From the sequence record PQ015379.1: DNA of 64,000 nt; one strand, written 5' to 3'. The notes under the pieces were generated by a model. The model saw only the letters and a list, made by a program, of their open reading frames with translations. It was not told the DNA's origin and did no database searches. Positions 26,012 to 35,664 of this stretch are shown here, piece after piece. The position numbers and the translations under genes were made by a program. Within the stretch, counting starts at the first letter, position 1. Each line of letters opens with the position of its first letter.

Positions 26012-26848
26012 CTACTTGAGGATCGACTTTTTGAGTTGGTCGAGTCCATATTTTTCGCAAATGCGCGTGAAGGCTTTCACGTTCACTTTAGAAATTGACA
26101 AATCCAATTCCGTGTTTGCGTCGTACAGGTCGTGCCGGATGGTGACTAACTGCCGATTCAACTTCAGGATCTTCTTTGTATTTACAGTTTCTCGCGCCCG
26201 CTTTGGGAAACGTTCAACTGGAATCTTTTCAGCTTTGCCAAACTCTTCGATCAAAAGGATTGCGGTTTTAGCCCCAACACCCGGAATGCCCGGAATGTTG
26301 TCGATATCATCGCCGTCCAACATGAGGAAGTCTACCATTCGCTTGGCAGCAACTCCATAGATTTCTTTACAGTTTTTTCTGGATACGACGACCTTTTTAT
26401 TCGGGTTAATCAACCGAACGTGATCGTGATTCAGCAGCTGCGCGAAATCTTTATCCCCGGAAAGGATATAGGCCAAACCGCCTTCGTAGCCAACGGCAGT
26501 TGAACCGATCACGTCGTCGGCCTCTACACCTTTCTTGCCGAACACGGCAAAGCCCATTGCATCCAGCAGTTCGACAATCACCGGCAGTTGTTTTGCAAGC
26601 GATTTGCTTTTCTCCGGATCTTTCGGGCGCGTGCCTTTGTACTCGGGGTGGATTTCGTGGCGGAAATTCTGGCCGGGCCGGTCAAACGAATTCAGTACGT
26701 GCGTGGCCCCATATTCACGGATATTCGCTCGCAGAATGTTGATGTAACCGACGATGGCGTTTGTTGGGAAGCCTTTGTAACTCATGGGCCGTACAGCGTG
26801 GTACGCCCGGTGCATCGTGTTGGTGCCGTCTACTGACAAAAGGGTCAT
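26012..26848 (-). CDS. 5'-3' exonuclease/flap endonuclease (PolI N-domain-like)
   Basis: LLSVDGTN..HRAYHA, FRHEIHPEYKGTR, VEADDVIG, ILSGDKDFAQL, LDGDDIDNIPGIPGVGAKTA. Confidence 0.92.
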   Translation of the reverse strand: MTLLSVDGTNTMHRAYHAVRPMSYKGFPTNAIVGYINILRANIREYGATHVLNSFDRPGQNFRHEIHPEYKGTRPKDPEKSKSLAKQLPVIVELLDAMGFAVFGKKGVEADDVIGSTAVGYEGGLAYILSGDKDFAQLLNHDHVRLINPNKKVVVSRKNCKEIYGVAAKRMVDFLMLDGDDIDNIPGIPGVGAKTAILLIEEFGKAEKIPVERFPKRARETVNTKKILKLNRQLVTIRHDLYDANTELDLSISKVNVKAFTRICEKYGLDQLKKSILK

Positions 26849-26850
26849 GG

Positions 26851-27261
26851 TCAATCCTTGAAACGTGGATCGGCCTGCACCTCGCCATGGGTGTTCAGCA
26901 AATCACGCTCGTTTTCAATTAAGCGCACCGGATGGCGCAGGGTACGGAACGTGCGAGCGCTTCGGATCAGTGCAGCGGACAGACGCTCGGGCGTGTACGG
27001 AACGATTATGAAAACCTGATCGTCAATGCTGCCAATTGCAGCCTTCCCCTTTGGCACCTGATCGCGCACAGCAGCAAGCTTGGGCAATAGGTCCAAATTA
27101 GAAAGCGCACATTTCTTTTTGGCGCAGCTGATCGTGAGCGGTTCCCGTTGTGCGAACAGCTTCAGCAGCAACGCTTGCGCCCCCGGCCCTTCCATAGAAA
27201 CCGATTCAAGAAACGACTCGCCTTTTTGCCGACGATTGACGGTTGCCAGAATGATTTTCAT
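26851..27261 (-). CDS. hypothetical protein
   Basis: 136 aa coupled ORF. Confidence 0.65.
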   Translation of the reverse strand: MKIILATVNRRQKGESFLESVSMEGPGAQALLLKLFAQREPLTISCAKKKCALSNLDLLPKLAAVRDQVPKGKAAIGSIDDQVFIIVPYTPERLSAALIRSARTFRTLRHPVRLIENERDLLNTHGEVQADPRFKD

Positions 27262-27268
27262 GGCCGGT

Positions 27269-27499
27269 TCACCGGAACATTTGGCGCATATCTTCGAGCA
27301 GCTTCAGCGGGTCCAGCGCAGCGGCCAGTGCTTCGGCGTAGTCGAAAAGTGAACGCGGAATGGTTTCGAGGCAAATTGCATTATCTGCCGCGTTACGCAG
27401 ACGTTGTGCCGCCTCTTCCGGGGTTTCGTCGCGGCTCAGTGCCGAGTAATACGCCAGTTCCAAACGGCTCAACAGGCGGTGCAGACCCTGAATGTCCAT
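27269..27499 (-). CDS. hypothetical protein
   Basis: Probable start MDIQG at 27499 with GAGGTG RBS. Confidence 0.65.
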   Translation of the reverse strand: MDIQGLHRLLSRLELAYYSALSRDETPEEAAQRLRNAADNAICLETIPRSLFDYAEALAAALDPLKLLEDMRQMFR

Positions 27500-27563
27500 G
27501 TTCCACCTCATTCGAAAAATTAGGGTAGGCAAAACCAATTGCTCTACCCTGAATTTACAGTTT

Positions 27564-28076
27564 TCAGCGTTTCTTGCCACCGCAGGTCGTGCACGGGCGA
27601 GGCTGAATCTTTTTGCGAATGGTTTGATAGGTGATGTTGCTCGATTCGATGGTCATCAGGCTGGCAGCGGTCTGGCCCGTGGTATCGAAAATCTGCTTCA
27701 TCTTGGCTTTGTCGAACATGGAATCGTACGGGAATTTCTTCTGGTTCGTCTGTTCCCACAGCGGAATGTCGAAGGCTTCACGTTTGATTTGATCGATTTC
27801 AAACTGGCTCAGGATCGGCGCGATGTTCGGGTTAACGCGGTGAGCCTTCACCACGCGCCCGTTCTGGTCGATCATCTGAAGAGCCGTCATTTCGACTTCC
27901 AGATTCATCAGGCTGACCATTGGCCCGTGCTGCACGGCAGGCACCGCGAACCACGTATCCTGCAACGGCAGTTCCTGCCCTTCGAGAATCGGCAGGTGAA
28001 TCGACCGCATGAAACAATACACGATCAGATTGCAATCCATATCCGAATCGTGCGTGTAGATTTTTTGATCGCTCAT
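27564..28076 (-). CDS. hypothetical protein with C-terminal CTTCG
   Basis: 170 aa ORF. Confidence 0.7.
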   Translation of the reverse strand: MSDQKIYTHDSDMDCNLIVYCFMRSIHLPILEGQELPLQDTWFAVPAVQHGPMVSLMNLEVEMTALQMIDQNGRVVKAHRVNPNIAPILSQFEIDQIKREAFDIPLWEQTNQKKFPYDSMFDKAKMKQIFDTTGQTAASLMTIESSNITYQTIRKKIQPRPCTTCGGKKR

Positions 28077-28078
28077 GA

Positions 28079-29670
28079 TTACTCCACAGGGAGGCCCGAA
28101 ACGGTCGGGTCTGGTTTTTTCATGTAGTTCTTCACACGCTCGGCAGTGTCACGCGCTGCACGGGCGCCCGGTTCACGCTGATCATCTTTCAGGCCTTTGA
28201 TTTCAGCCTTGATCGACTTGATCTTGGTTTTCAGGTCCGACTCTTCCAGCGCCGCCAACTGGCGCACTTTCCGTTCGAGGATGATTTCTGCATCGGCTTC
28301 CGGCATTTTCAACGCCTTGGCCAGCACAGCAGCAGGGGTTTTCGACGCCAGAACTTTCGGCAAAGCTTTCAGCAGCTTTTCACGATTCTGCACCGCATAC
28401 AGATAGACTTCGTTCAGGTGCAGTTCTTTGGCAGCCTTGTCCAGCAGGTAGCCGATCAGACGCTCTTCGAGTTTGATCCGATACTTGATCCACGCGCCAA
28501 AGTATTGGACGTAGTTCACGTATTTGAATGTGTTGGTTTCGTCGCCCGGCTTGCGGATCGTGATACCCAGTCGGTAACTGACCGAGGAACGAATCGCCTT
28601 GTCAACTTTGGCGCAGACTTCATCGAATTTTTCTTCGTTCATGTTTTTCGGACATGACACTTCGATGTGTGCACCGTATGGGCCAGCGTGCTTGTTCTTT
28701 TTGCCGGAAGTGTTCGACGCGTCTTTCACGCCGTCAATGTTCGCCAGCTTCTGCAACGCCTTGTAAACGCCCTCTTCACCGGCCAGCGTGCCGGGGCAGA
28801 AGATTTGATGCGAATGGTGCGTTTGGCCACGTCATAATCGACAAGGGGCATGTACTGCACCGAGCCTTTGCCGGTCGCCATCAGTTCTTCGATTTGTTCA
28901 TCGGACGAAACGTCGATACAGCCAAACGGGTGCACGATCTTCAGAGCAGCAGCCAATTTCTTCGGCGTGTATTCCTTGCCGTTCAACATGTCGATAACGA
29001 CTTTCGAAACAGACGCCACCGAGAACGCAGGGTTGCCCACCTTCACCCCGTAGGCCGGGGGCGGCGTCGAGGTCAGGAAGAACAGAGTTGGCAGCAGCGC
29101 AGGCAGGTACAGCGGCAACTTTTCGTCGTTGGAAAAGTTCGGTTCCATCGGTACGACTTTCAGATACTGCGAGTCGAGCAGGAACATGTCCGCGAATTTC
29201 GATTTTTTCGCTTCGGTGTAACGATACGCCGATGCCGACGTGCCGTCAGGTTTACCCCAGCCACCTTGGCCCCACACCAGCGGCGGGTTGCTGTTGGCAA
29301 TCGTCACCATCGCGCCATAGCACGCGGAATCGCCGTGCGGGTGATATTTACCGATGGCGTCACCGACCGTACGTGCCGATTTCTTGAAACCTCCGGTCGA
29401 ATGCAGCTTGAGGCCGTCGAGTGCCCACAGCACGGCGCGGTGCACAGGCTTCAGGCCGTCGCGGAAATCAGGGACCGCACGATCTTCCACCACGTACGAC
29501 CCGTAAATGTGCAACGCAGCATCGGAAAATTCGTTGATCGTTTGCTGTTTTGTTTCGAGGGCCTTCGTCTCGAATTTCAGCAGCGGCGTTTTCGCCACGG
29601 ACTGCTTGGTTTTTGGGGCGGCGGTCACTTTCTTCGCTTTGACCTTCGCCACTTCTTTCGTCTTCGCCAT
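28079..29670 (-). CDS. gyrA: type IIA topoisomerase A subunit (GyrA/ParC-like, no beta-pinwheel CTD), interrupted by a -1 frameshift near 28801
   Basis: RAVPDFRDGLKPVHR, KSARTVGDAIGKYHPHGDS, catalytic AYRYTEA; adding one base at ~28801 gives IRIKS-FCPGTLAGEEGVYKALQKLAN and a 530-aa ORF. Confidence 0.85.
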
Positions 29671-29960
29671 CAGTTAACGTTCTCCGGGTCGATGCCCATA
29701 GCCAGCAAGGCTGCATGCAGGCGGCGCCATTCGGCATCTTCGAACACGACCCGATGCGCTTTTACCACGTCCATGCATTCGGTGTAGTAGCGACCAATTT
29801 CCTCAAGCGATTCAAGGCAGGCCATGGCCGTGGTGCGCGGAAATTTCGAAGTGGCCTTGATTTTCATGCCGTAGCTACGCGCTTCCGGCAGGATTCCGTT
29901 CAATTTGTGTTCGGCTTCGTTTACAAGGTCACGCATTTGATCCAGTGTCAGTTCTTTCAT
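29670..29960 (-). CDS. 96-aa hypothetical protein between gyrB and gyrA
   Basis: Start MKELTL at 29960; TAATG overlap with restored gyrB stop and TGATG overlap with gyrA start. Confidence 0.7.
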   Translation of the reverse strand: MKELTLDQMRDLVNEAEHKLNGILPEARSYGMKIKATSKFPRTTAMACLESLEEIGRYYTECMDVVKAHRVVFEDAEWRRLHAALLAMGIDPENVN

Positions 29961-32049
29961 TAATCTTCCAGCCCCAAAAGTTTGCGACGGTTCACCGCGT
30001 CTTCCGACACAACGGCACGGAACCATTGTTCATCGGCGGCGCTGGCAAACGGGTTGATTTGAATCAGTTTGCGGTGGCTCGGATCGAAGGCGATTGGGCC
30101 GATATATTCCGGGCCAACTTCCCCCAACCTTTGATGCGCACCAGATCCTGATCTTTTACAGATTTCGGCGCAGCTTTACGGCATTCGTCGAAGGTCATTC
30201 CGCCGTAGAGCGTACCTTTCGAATCGAGTGCAGCATACAGCGGGGCCTGCACGCAGAACACACGGCCTTGCTTGAACAGGTCAGGCAGCAGGCGGTACAA
30301 AACTGCGAGATACAGAACCGCGATGTGGCCGCCGTCCGGGTCCGGGTCAACGAGGAACAGAACGGATTTCACGCGAAGTTTTTCAACGTCGATTTTCGGA
30401 CGCTCGGCCTTCGGGTCCATGGTCTTCAGGTCGCAGCCCATGGCGATCAGGAAATTGGAAATATCCTTGTGCGTGATGATTTTCGCAATCGGGGCCTTCA
30501 GGGCGTTCAGTGGTTTACCACCGGCTGCCAGAACTTCCTGATAATGCGTGTCGCGGGCGTCGTCGGACGGGCCTTTTGCCGAGTCACCTTCAACCACGAA
30601 CAGTTCACGTTCCCACGGTTTGCAGTGCGGGCTAACAGCCAGCTTGGCAGGCAGTACGCCTTTGCCTTTTTTCTTCACATCGGCCATGGATTTCACGACA
30701 GCGGCCAGTTCTTCCCGGCCCTTGTTCATGATCAAGGCGCGCTTGATGATATCCTTGGCGACTTTCGGGTTCGCTTCGAAATATTTGTCGAAAGCGGGGA
30801 ACAGAAGTTCTTCCACTTCCTTGTCAACTTTCGAACTCAGTTTGTCCTTCACCTGCGAGGTGTAGGCCGCGCCGTGCATACGCCAGTCGAACATCCCGGT
30901 GAGGCCGATCAGCAGGTCGGAACTGGTCCAACCTTGGCCCGCTTTTTTACTCTTCGCTGGTTTCTTTTCCGGCACGTGTTTTTTCACAGCCTTGGAAAGT
31001 GCGGCGGTGAAACCAGTCACGTGCGAACCACCGTCGATGGTTGGCGAGGTGTTCACGAAAGTCAGGAAGTGGTCGGCGTCCGTGTGGTCAGACCAAACGA
31101 GGGCACAGGTGATGTTGTCGTTTTTGAACGTGAACGGTTTGCCTTGCGGCACCAGATCGCGCTGTTCGCACATGTCTTTTGCGACGAAAGCCAGATCCTT
31201 TTTGTTCAGATACACATGGTCGTCACGCTTGCCCTTCACGATGGAAGAGAAACGAATTTCCAGACCGGGGTTGAGCATGGCCATGTTGTTCAGCCACTGC
31301 GCCACATCCTTGACCACAGGAATTGCACGGCGGAAATCTTTTGGCAATTTCTTGCCCCGGCGTGCGTCTTCGGAACAGACGGTTTGGTCGAGTTCCAGTG
31401 CGACGATGGTTCCGTATTTTTTCAGGCTATCTTTCAACAGGCCCATAACGTCTTTATCGACGGCCTTGCAGGGCAGCGGGTTTTTCCCCTTGGAAATGAT
31501 TTCGCCTTTGCTGTACACCTGCGTTTGCAGCTTGCCGCCGTACGTGGTCCAGACGCGCATGCGATCCGAAACCGCGTTCACCGCCGACATACCGATGCCG
31601 TGAGTACCCGCCGAAGTTTTGTACGCCGAATCGTTGAACTTGGCGCCCGCGTGGGTCTTCGTGTAGGCAGCGGTCATTTTGCTGATTTTCGTACCGTCTT
31701 TCATTTTCACGAAGTCGGTAGGAATGCCGCCCGCTTGGTCAGCGATGATGTAAATTTCGGCGTCGATGTTGAGGATAACTTCGATCACCTTGTTACGGCC
31801 TGCCACGTGTTCGTCGTAGCAGTTATCGACGCCCTCTTTGACGCAGCGGTAAGCCATGGCCGACCCACGATCACCGAGGTACATCGCCGGGTTTTCGCGG
31901 ATACCGTCGAGGCCTTCAAGGACCGTGAAATCTTCCTGCGCGCTCACTTTCTTTTTGGTGGCTTTCTCGACGCCTTGTGCCACCTTCGTTTTCTTCGGTT
32001 TTTCTTCAGCGGCAGCTTTCGCTTTCGCCTTCACTTTCTTCTCGGCCAT
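29960..32049 (-). CDS. gyrB: type IIA topoisomerase B subunit (GyrB/ParE-like), interrupted by a -1 frameshift at 30121-30125
   Basis: GIRENPAMYLG, EGVDNCYDE, GTHGIGMSAVNAVS, VVEGDSAKG, VDPDPDGGHI; one extra G in TGGGGG restores KGWGEVGPE...FDPSHRKLIQI...RRKLLGLED. Confidence 0.9.
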
Positions 32050-32293
32050 TGGGGTTCTCGATGGATTCAAATTCTTCGGTTGTGCCGACCCACGCCAGAC
32101 GACAAGTCAACAGTTCGTCGGCTGTGAAATCTGACATGCGGCGGTAATTGTTGTCGAACAGCCAGTGCTGGTACGCGGCCCGCGACACGGAGCCGGGCGG
32201 ATACTCGCTGTAGAAACGTTGCACGTACCCTTCAAAATTATATGGCGCAATTTTGATGTGTTCGCCCCACGGTGTCACCATGACCAGTTCCAT
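32006..32293 (-). CDS. hypothetical protein
   Basis: 95 aa ORF. Confidence 0.55.
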   Translation of the reverse strand: MELVMVTPWGEHIKIAPYNFEGYVQRFYSEYPPGSVSRAAYQHWLFDNNYRRMSDFTADELLTCRLAWVGTTEEFESIENPNGREESEGESESCR

Positions 32294-32316
32294 GATCAGT
32301 ACCTTTGCGAGGTTGG

Positions 32317-32715
32317 TTATTCGCGGTCGAGAATTGCGCGAATTTCTTTGAGCTTCTGTTCGAGGCCAACGGAGCTATGCACCGCGTCGCGCTCGGCGTC
32401 GTAGGACACTTCGGCCAGACCTTGGAGCCGTTCGTTTTCTTCGCGCACGGTTTTCAGTTCACGCTCAAACTCGACGCGTTGCATTTTCTCTTTGATCGCT
32501 GCGTCACGCCACGAATCATAGCCGGGCGGGCCGATCAGCAGCAGACCGCCTTCGTCCGTGATCACGCCCAGCGCCCGCGCCTTGGGGCCAGTGCCGTTCG
32601 GATAAGTGCTGCCATCGCGAACGCTGGTCACGATATCGTGATAGTCTTTTTGGCTACACTCTTCCCACTCGGAATTAGCAAACCATTTCGCTTCGTAACG
32701 GACGACTTCAACCAT
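32317..32715 (-). CDS. hypothetical protein with coiled coil
   Basis: 132 aa ORF. Confidence 0.65.
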   Translation of the reverse strand: MVEVVRYEAKWFANSEWEECSQKDYHDIVTSVRDGSTYPNGTGPKARALGVITDEGGLLLIGPPGYDSWRDAAIKEKMQRVEFERELKTVREENERLQGLAEVSYDAERDAVHSSVGLEQKLKEIRAILDRE

Positions 32716-33100
32716 TGTTCTGTTCCTTCAGGATTTTGCGGCCCGAGGCCTTCAGCGAACGTTGGATGGCGCGGGCGGTCACGGCCTGAATGTGTTGCGA
32801 CAGCTGCAATTTCGCTTCGGTGCGCATGGCGCTGAATTTCAACGCGTGGCAATCGCTGATTGCGTATTCGTTTTCGAGTTCTGCACCGGCCTCAAGCAGC
32901 AACACGGCGCCAGTCTCCGGATCTTTGACGCAGACCAGATAACGGGCACCGTGCAGTTCGATAACGTGGTGATGCTGGAACGTGAAATCTTTGGCGGTCC
33001 GGCGACGGTCCGGCTTGAAGTTGCTGGCGTTGCTCAGGATGCGCTGACGGGTATAAACGTTCCCGTTGATATCCGGGTTTTCCATCGAGGATTTCAGCAT
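32708..33100 (-). CDS. hypothetical protein
   Basis: 130 aa ORF. Confidence 0.65.
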   Translation of the reverse strand: MLKSSMENPDINGNVYTRQRILSNASNFKPDRRRTAKDFTFQHHHVIELHGARYLVCVKDPETGAVLLLEAGAELENEYAISDCHALKFSAMRTEAKLQLSQHIQAVTARAIQRSLKASGRKILKEQNNG

Positions 33101-33666
33101 ACGATCACCTTACCTTGTCGAACTTCGAATTCGTGTTGTGCACCGAGGATTTCCAGCCACAGGTCGAAATAGCGCAGCAGCTGCGAGCTTCGAGCATGCG
33201 TGCCCCAGTGATATTTCATGAAATCTTTTTTGTTCTGCACCTTGTCTGCGATCAGCATGTACCGTGTGCGTAGATCAAGCAGGCCATAATTGCGAACAAT
33301 GGCAGCCTCGGCTTCACGGCGGCCCCACGGGTCGGTGGCTTCCCGGCACAGAAATGCGTTTGCAGCCAGCCGGTAATTCATCGCGCACTGCAACGACTCT
33401 TCGATGCCGATGATTTGTTGCAGATGTTCATGATTCATCTGCAAATCTTTCAGGTCTTGAACCAGCGGATGCAGGCAATAGCCGCCCATGGTCGGCAGAT
33501 CCGCGTCGAGGAAACGCAGAATTTTCAAACCTTCGTCGATGTGGTTCATCAGCGGCACGCCCGAGCGTTCTGCCCGGCGATTGCCGTAGTGTTCTTGAAT
33601 CAGCGCATATTCGATGGTGTCTTCGATATTTCCGGTGTAAGGCACCAAGCGTTCTGGTTCTTGCAT
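33094..33666 (-). CDS. SpoT/Mesh1-like HD-fold protein with degenerate HD motif
   Basis: HYGNRRAERSGVPLMNHI (cf. H.GQ.RKSGEPY..HP), CLHPLVQD (cf. LLHD.VED), LIADKVQN (cf. KLADR.HN); start MQEPER at 33666. Confidence 0.55.
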   Translation of the reverse strand: MQEPERLVPYTGNIEDTIEYALIQEHYGNRRAERSGVPLMNHIDEGLKILRFLDADLPTMGGYCLHPLVQDLKDLQMNHEHLQQIIGIEESLQCAMNYRLAANAFLCREATDPWGRREAEAAIVRNYGLLDLRTRYMLIADKVQNKKDFMKYHWGTHARSSQLLRYFDLWLEILGAQHEFEVRQGKVIVC

Positions 33667-33723
33667 ACACGTGCACCTAACGTTTGTGGTTATGCCCATT
33701 ATTTACAGTTTTTGCCACAAACG

Positions 33724-33757
33724 AAAAAACCGCGATCAGGTGGCCCCGGTCGCGGTT
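33724..33757 (-). terminator. intrinsic terminator
   Basis: AACCGCGA stem with TCGCGGTT and T tract on the minus strand. Confidence 0.7.
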
Positions 33758-33763
33758 CTTCTT

Positions 33764-34456
33764 TTAGCGGTTACGCAGCTTCACATCCTGATAGGGAATG
33801 GTGAAATCGATGCTCGAAGCGGTGGCCACCAGCGTATTGCCGGTATCCGAATCGTCAAGTTTTTTATTCCCTTCCTGTTTAGCGTTCGGGTCGTCCTTGC
33901 TGAATTCGCGAGCCTTGTTCGCCTCGGCTTCGCGTTTTTCTTTCTCTTCCTCTTCGACCGCCGGGTCCACCACTTTTTCAGCGGATTCAACAGGGATCAC
34001 GTCGGATTCTTTGCGCGAGGATTTCACGTTCGGATACGGTTCGGGAGTGGCCGACGCGGTAGCCTCTTCGTCGTCCTCTTCGTCGTCTTCCTCTTCCTCT
34101 TCGTCGTCCTCGGATTCATCATCTTCGGAATCGTCGCCGTCGTCCGAATCATCGGAATCATCCCCGTCGTCGCCGTCGTCAGATTCCTCTTCCTCTTCGT
34201 CCCCCGAATCGCCAGTTTCTTCACCAGATTCAGCCGGGGTTTGCGGAGCTTTCTTCGCGTCTTTCTTCTGCTTTTCAGCAGCAGCTTTGCGTTCTTCCTC
34301 GGCCTCTTTTTCTTGACGCGCTTTTTCTTCGCGGTCGCGTTCGGCCAGTTCCTGATCGGAATATTGCAGTTGTTCGGCGGTGCCCATGTCTGGCGCGCTG
34401 TACGCACCCGAGGCCGTGGCTACCGGCTGCTTGGGAATCGAAATGGTGATCTTCAT
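33764..34456 (-). CDS. acidic disordered protein with three ATAS motifs
   Basis: 230 aa; long D/E/S tract. Confidence 0.75.
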   Translation of the reverse strand: MKITISIPKQPVATASGAYSAPDMGTAEQLQYSDQELAERDREEKARQEKEAEEERKAAAEKQKKDAKKAPQTPAESGEETGDSGDEEEEESDDGDDGDDSDDSDDGDDSEDDESEDDEEEEEDDEEDDEEATASATPEPYPNVKSSRKESDVIPVESAEKVVDPAVEEEEKEKREAEANKAREFSKDDPNAKQEGNKKLDDSDTGNTLVATASSIDFTIPYQDVKLRNR

Positions 34457-35589
34457 TTTTTCGTGAGCCTCAGAGTCTTTTTCTTGGCCTTGGAATCAGG
34501 CGATTTCATTTTGAGTTTCTTCGGTTTCTTGCGCTGGGCCTCAAGCGATTCTTTCACATCGTCTTCGAGGTAATTGCGCATGTTGTTCGTGATATCCAAA
34601 ACCTTGATCAGCTGATCAGCCTTCAGTGCGTGCAGCATGTTGTCCTTGAGTGCGCGTTTGTCGAAGCACACTTTTTCCATCGGGCAAGGTTCGTACGCAG
34701 GCATCAAGCGTTCGTAGTCGTCCGGGCACTGGCAAGGTTTCTGCTTGATCGCAATTTCCGGTTTGTTCTGGATGAAACTGTTCACAGCAGAGCGGTAAAT
34801 TTTCTTCTGCTGGATGATCAGCTGGCGCGTTTCTTCACGACGGCGCGGTCCCCAGCGTTCGGCCTTCTCTTTGAATTCGTACGGGTTGTCCCGGCTCAAG
34901 TACAGCAGCGAGAAACCAGAAATTTTCATGCCGTATTTTTTCTCAAGCACGTAGCAGTAGGTCGGAACCTGCATCAAGTGTTCGCGCTTGGGCAATTTGT
35001 TGCCCTTCATCAGACCTTTTGTCGTGGTCTTGTAGTCGAGCACCCAATAGGTGCCGTCCGGCATTTCATAAATGCAGTCGATGTGGCCTTTCAGCCCGAA
35101 GTAATCGATGCACTTTTCCACGTACTCACACGCGACCCCACATTCGGGGCACAGGTTGTCCGTGGTGTTTTTGGTGGTCAACGTACCTTTGCGGTACATC
35201 ACACCTTTTTCGTCGTACAGGTCGCGGGCGTCGTGGTGCTTCTGGCACCGAGGGTTGCGGCATTTCCAATCGCCGAAAACCTTTTTCGTTTGCCCCATGT
35301 AATACTGAATATTTTCGTGTGCAGCGGTCCCAACCGAGGTGAAGTAGCCACCGCCTGCTGCCATGTTTGATTGGTAGAATCCGTGCTCGGCTGCGAGCAT
35401 GAATTGCATGTGTACCAGAATCGGGCAAATGGGGAATGACGAAGGCCGGTATTCTGGCCCTCGACCGTTCGGGGTGATAATCGAGCTATCCATTATTTGG
35501 GCGTACACTTTGCCCATATGCGACTCGATGTGCACCGACCGTTGACCGGTCTGAATACGTTTCGCTAAGTCCTTAAACACGTGGCACAT
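34453..35589 (-). CDS. Cas4/RecB-like PD-(D/E)xK exonuclease, probably Fe-S binding
   Basis: YRPSSFPICP, GTAAHE, GHIDCI...VLDYKTT, QVPTY, KPC...CP..KVC; Lys-rich C-tail. Confidence 0.8.
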   Translation of the reverse strand: MCHVFKDLAKRIQTGQRSVHIESHMGKVYAQIMDSSIITPNGRGPEYRPSSFPICPILVHMQFMLAAEHGFYQSNMAAGGGYFTSVGTAAHENIQYYMGQTKKVFGDWKCRNPRCQKHHDARDLYDEKGVMYRKGTLTTKNTTDNLCPECGVACEYVEKCIDYFGLKGHIDCIYEMPDGTYWVLDYKTTTKGLMKGNKLPKREHLMQVPTYCYVLEKKYGMKISGFSLLYLSRDNPYEFKEKAERWGPRRREETRQLIIQQKKIYRSAVNSFIQNKPEIAIKQKPCQCPDDYERLMPAYEPCPMEKVCFDKRALKDNMLHALKADQLIKVLDITNNMRNYLEDDVKESLEAQRKKPKKLKMKSPDSKAKKKTLRLTKK

Positions 35590-35595
35590 CCAGTA

Positions 35596-35664
35596 ACTGT
35601 AAATGGTACTTATAAATTGTCATTTTGATGGTCGAAACATGAAACTCGATGATGCGTTTACAGT
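35596..35664. promoter_or_regulatory. divergent pair of ACTGTAAA motifs
   Basis: ACTGTAAA (+) at 35596-35603 upstream of primase; TTTACAGT at 35657-35664 (minus copy) upstream of the Cas4-like gene. Confidence 0.65.

Noticed and set aside
28079-32049. Intron or intein explaining the topoisomerase breaks
   Set aside because: Both halves join with a single added base and no intervening sequence.
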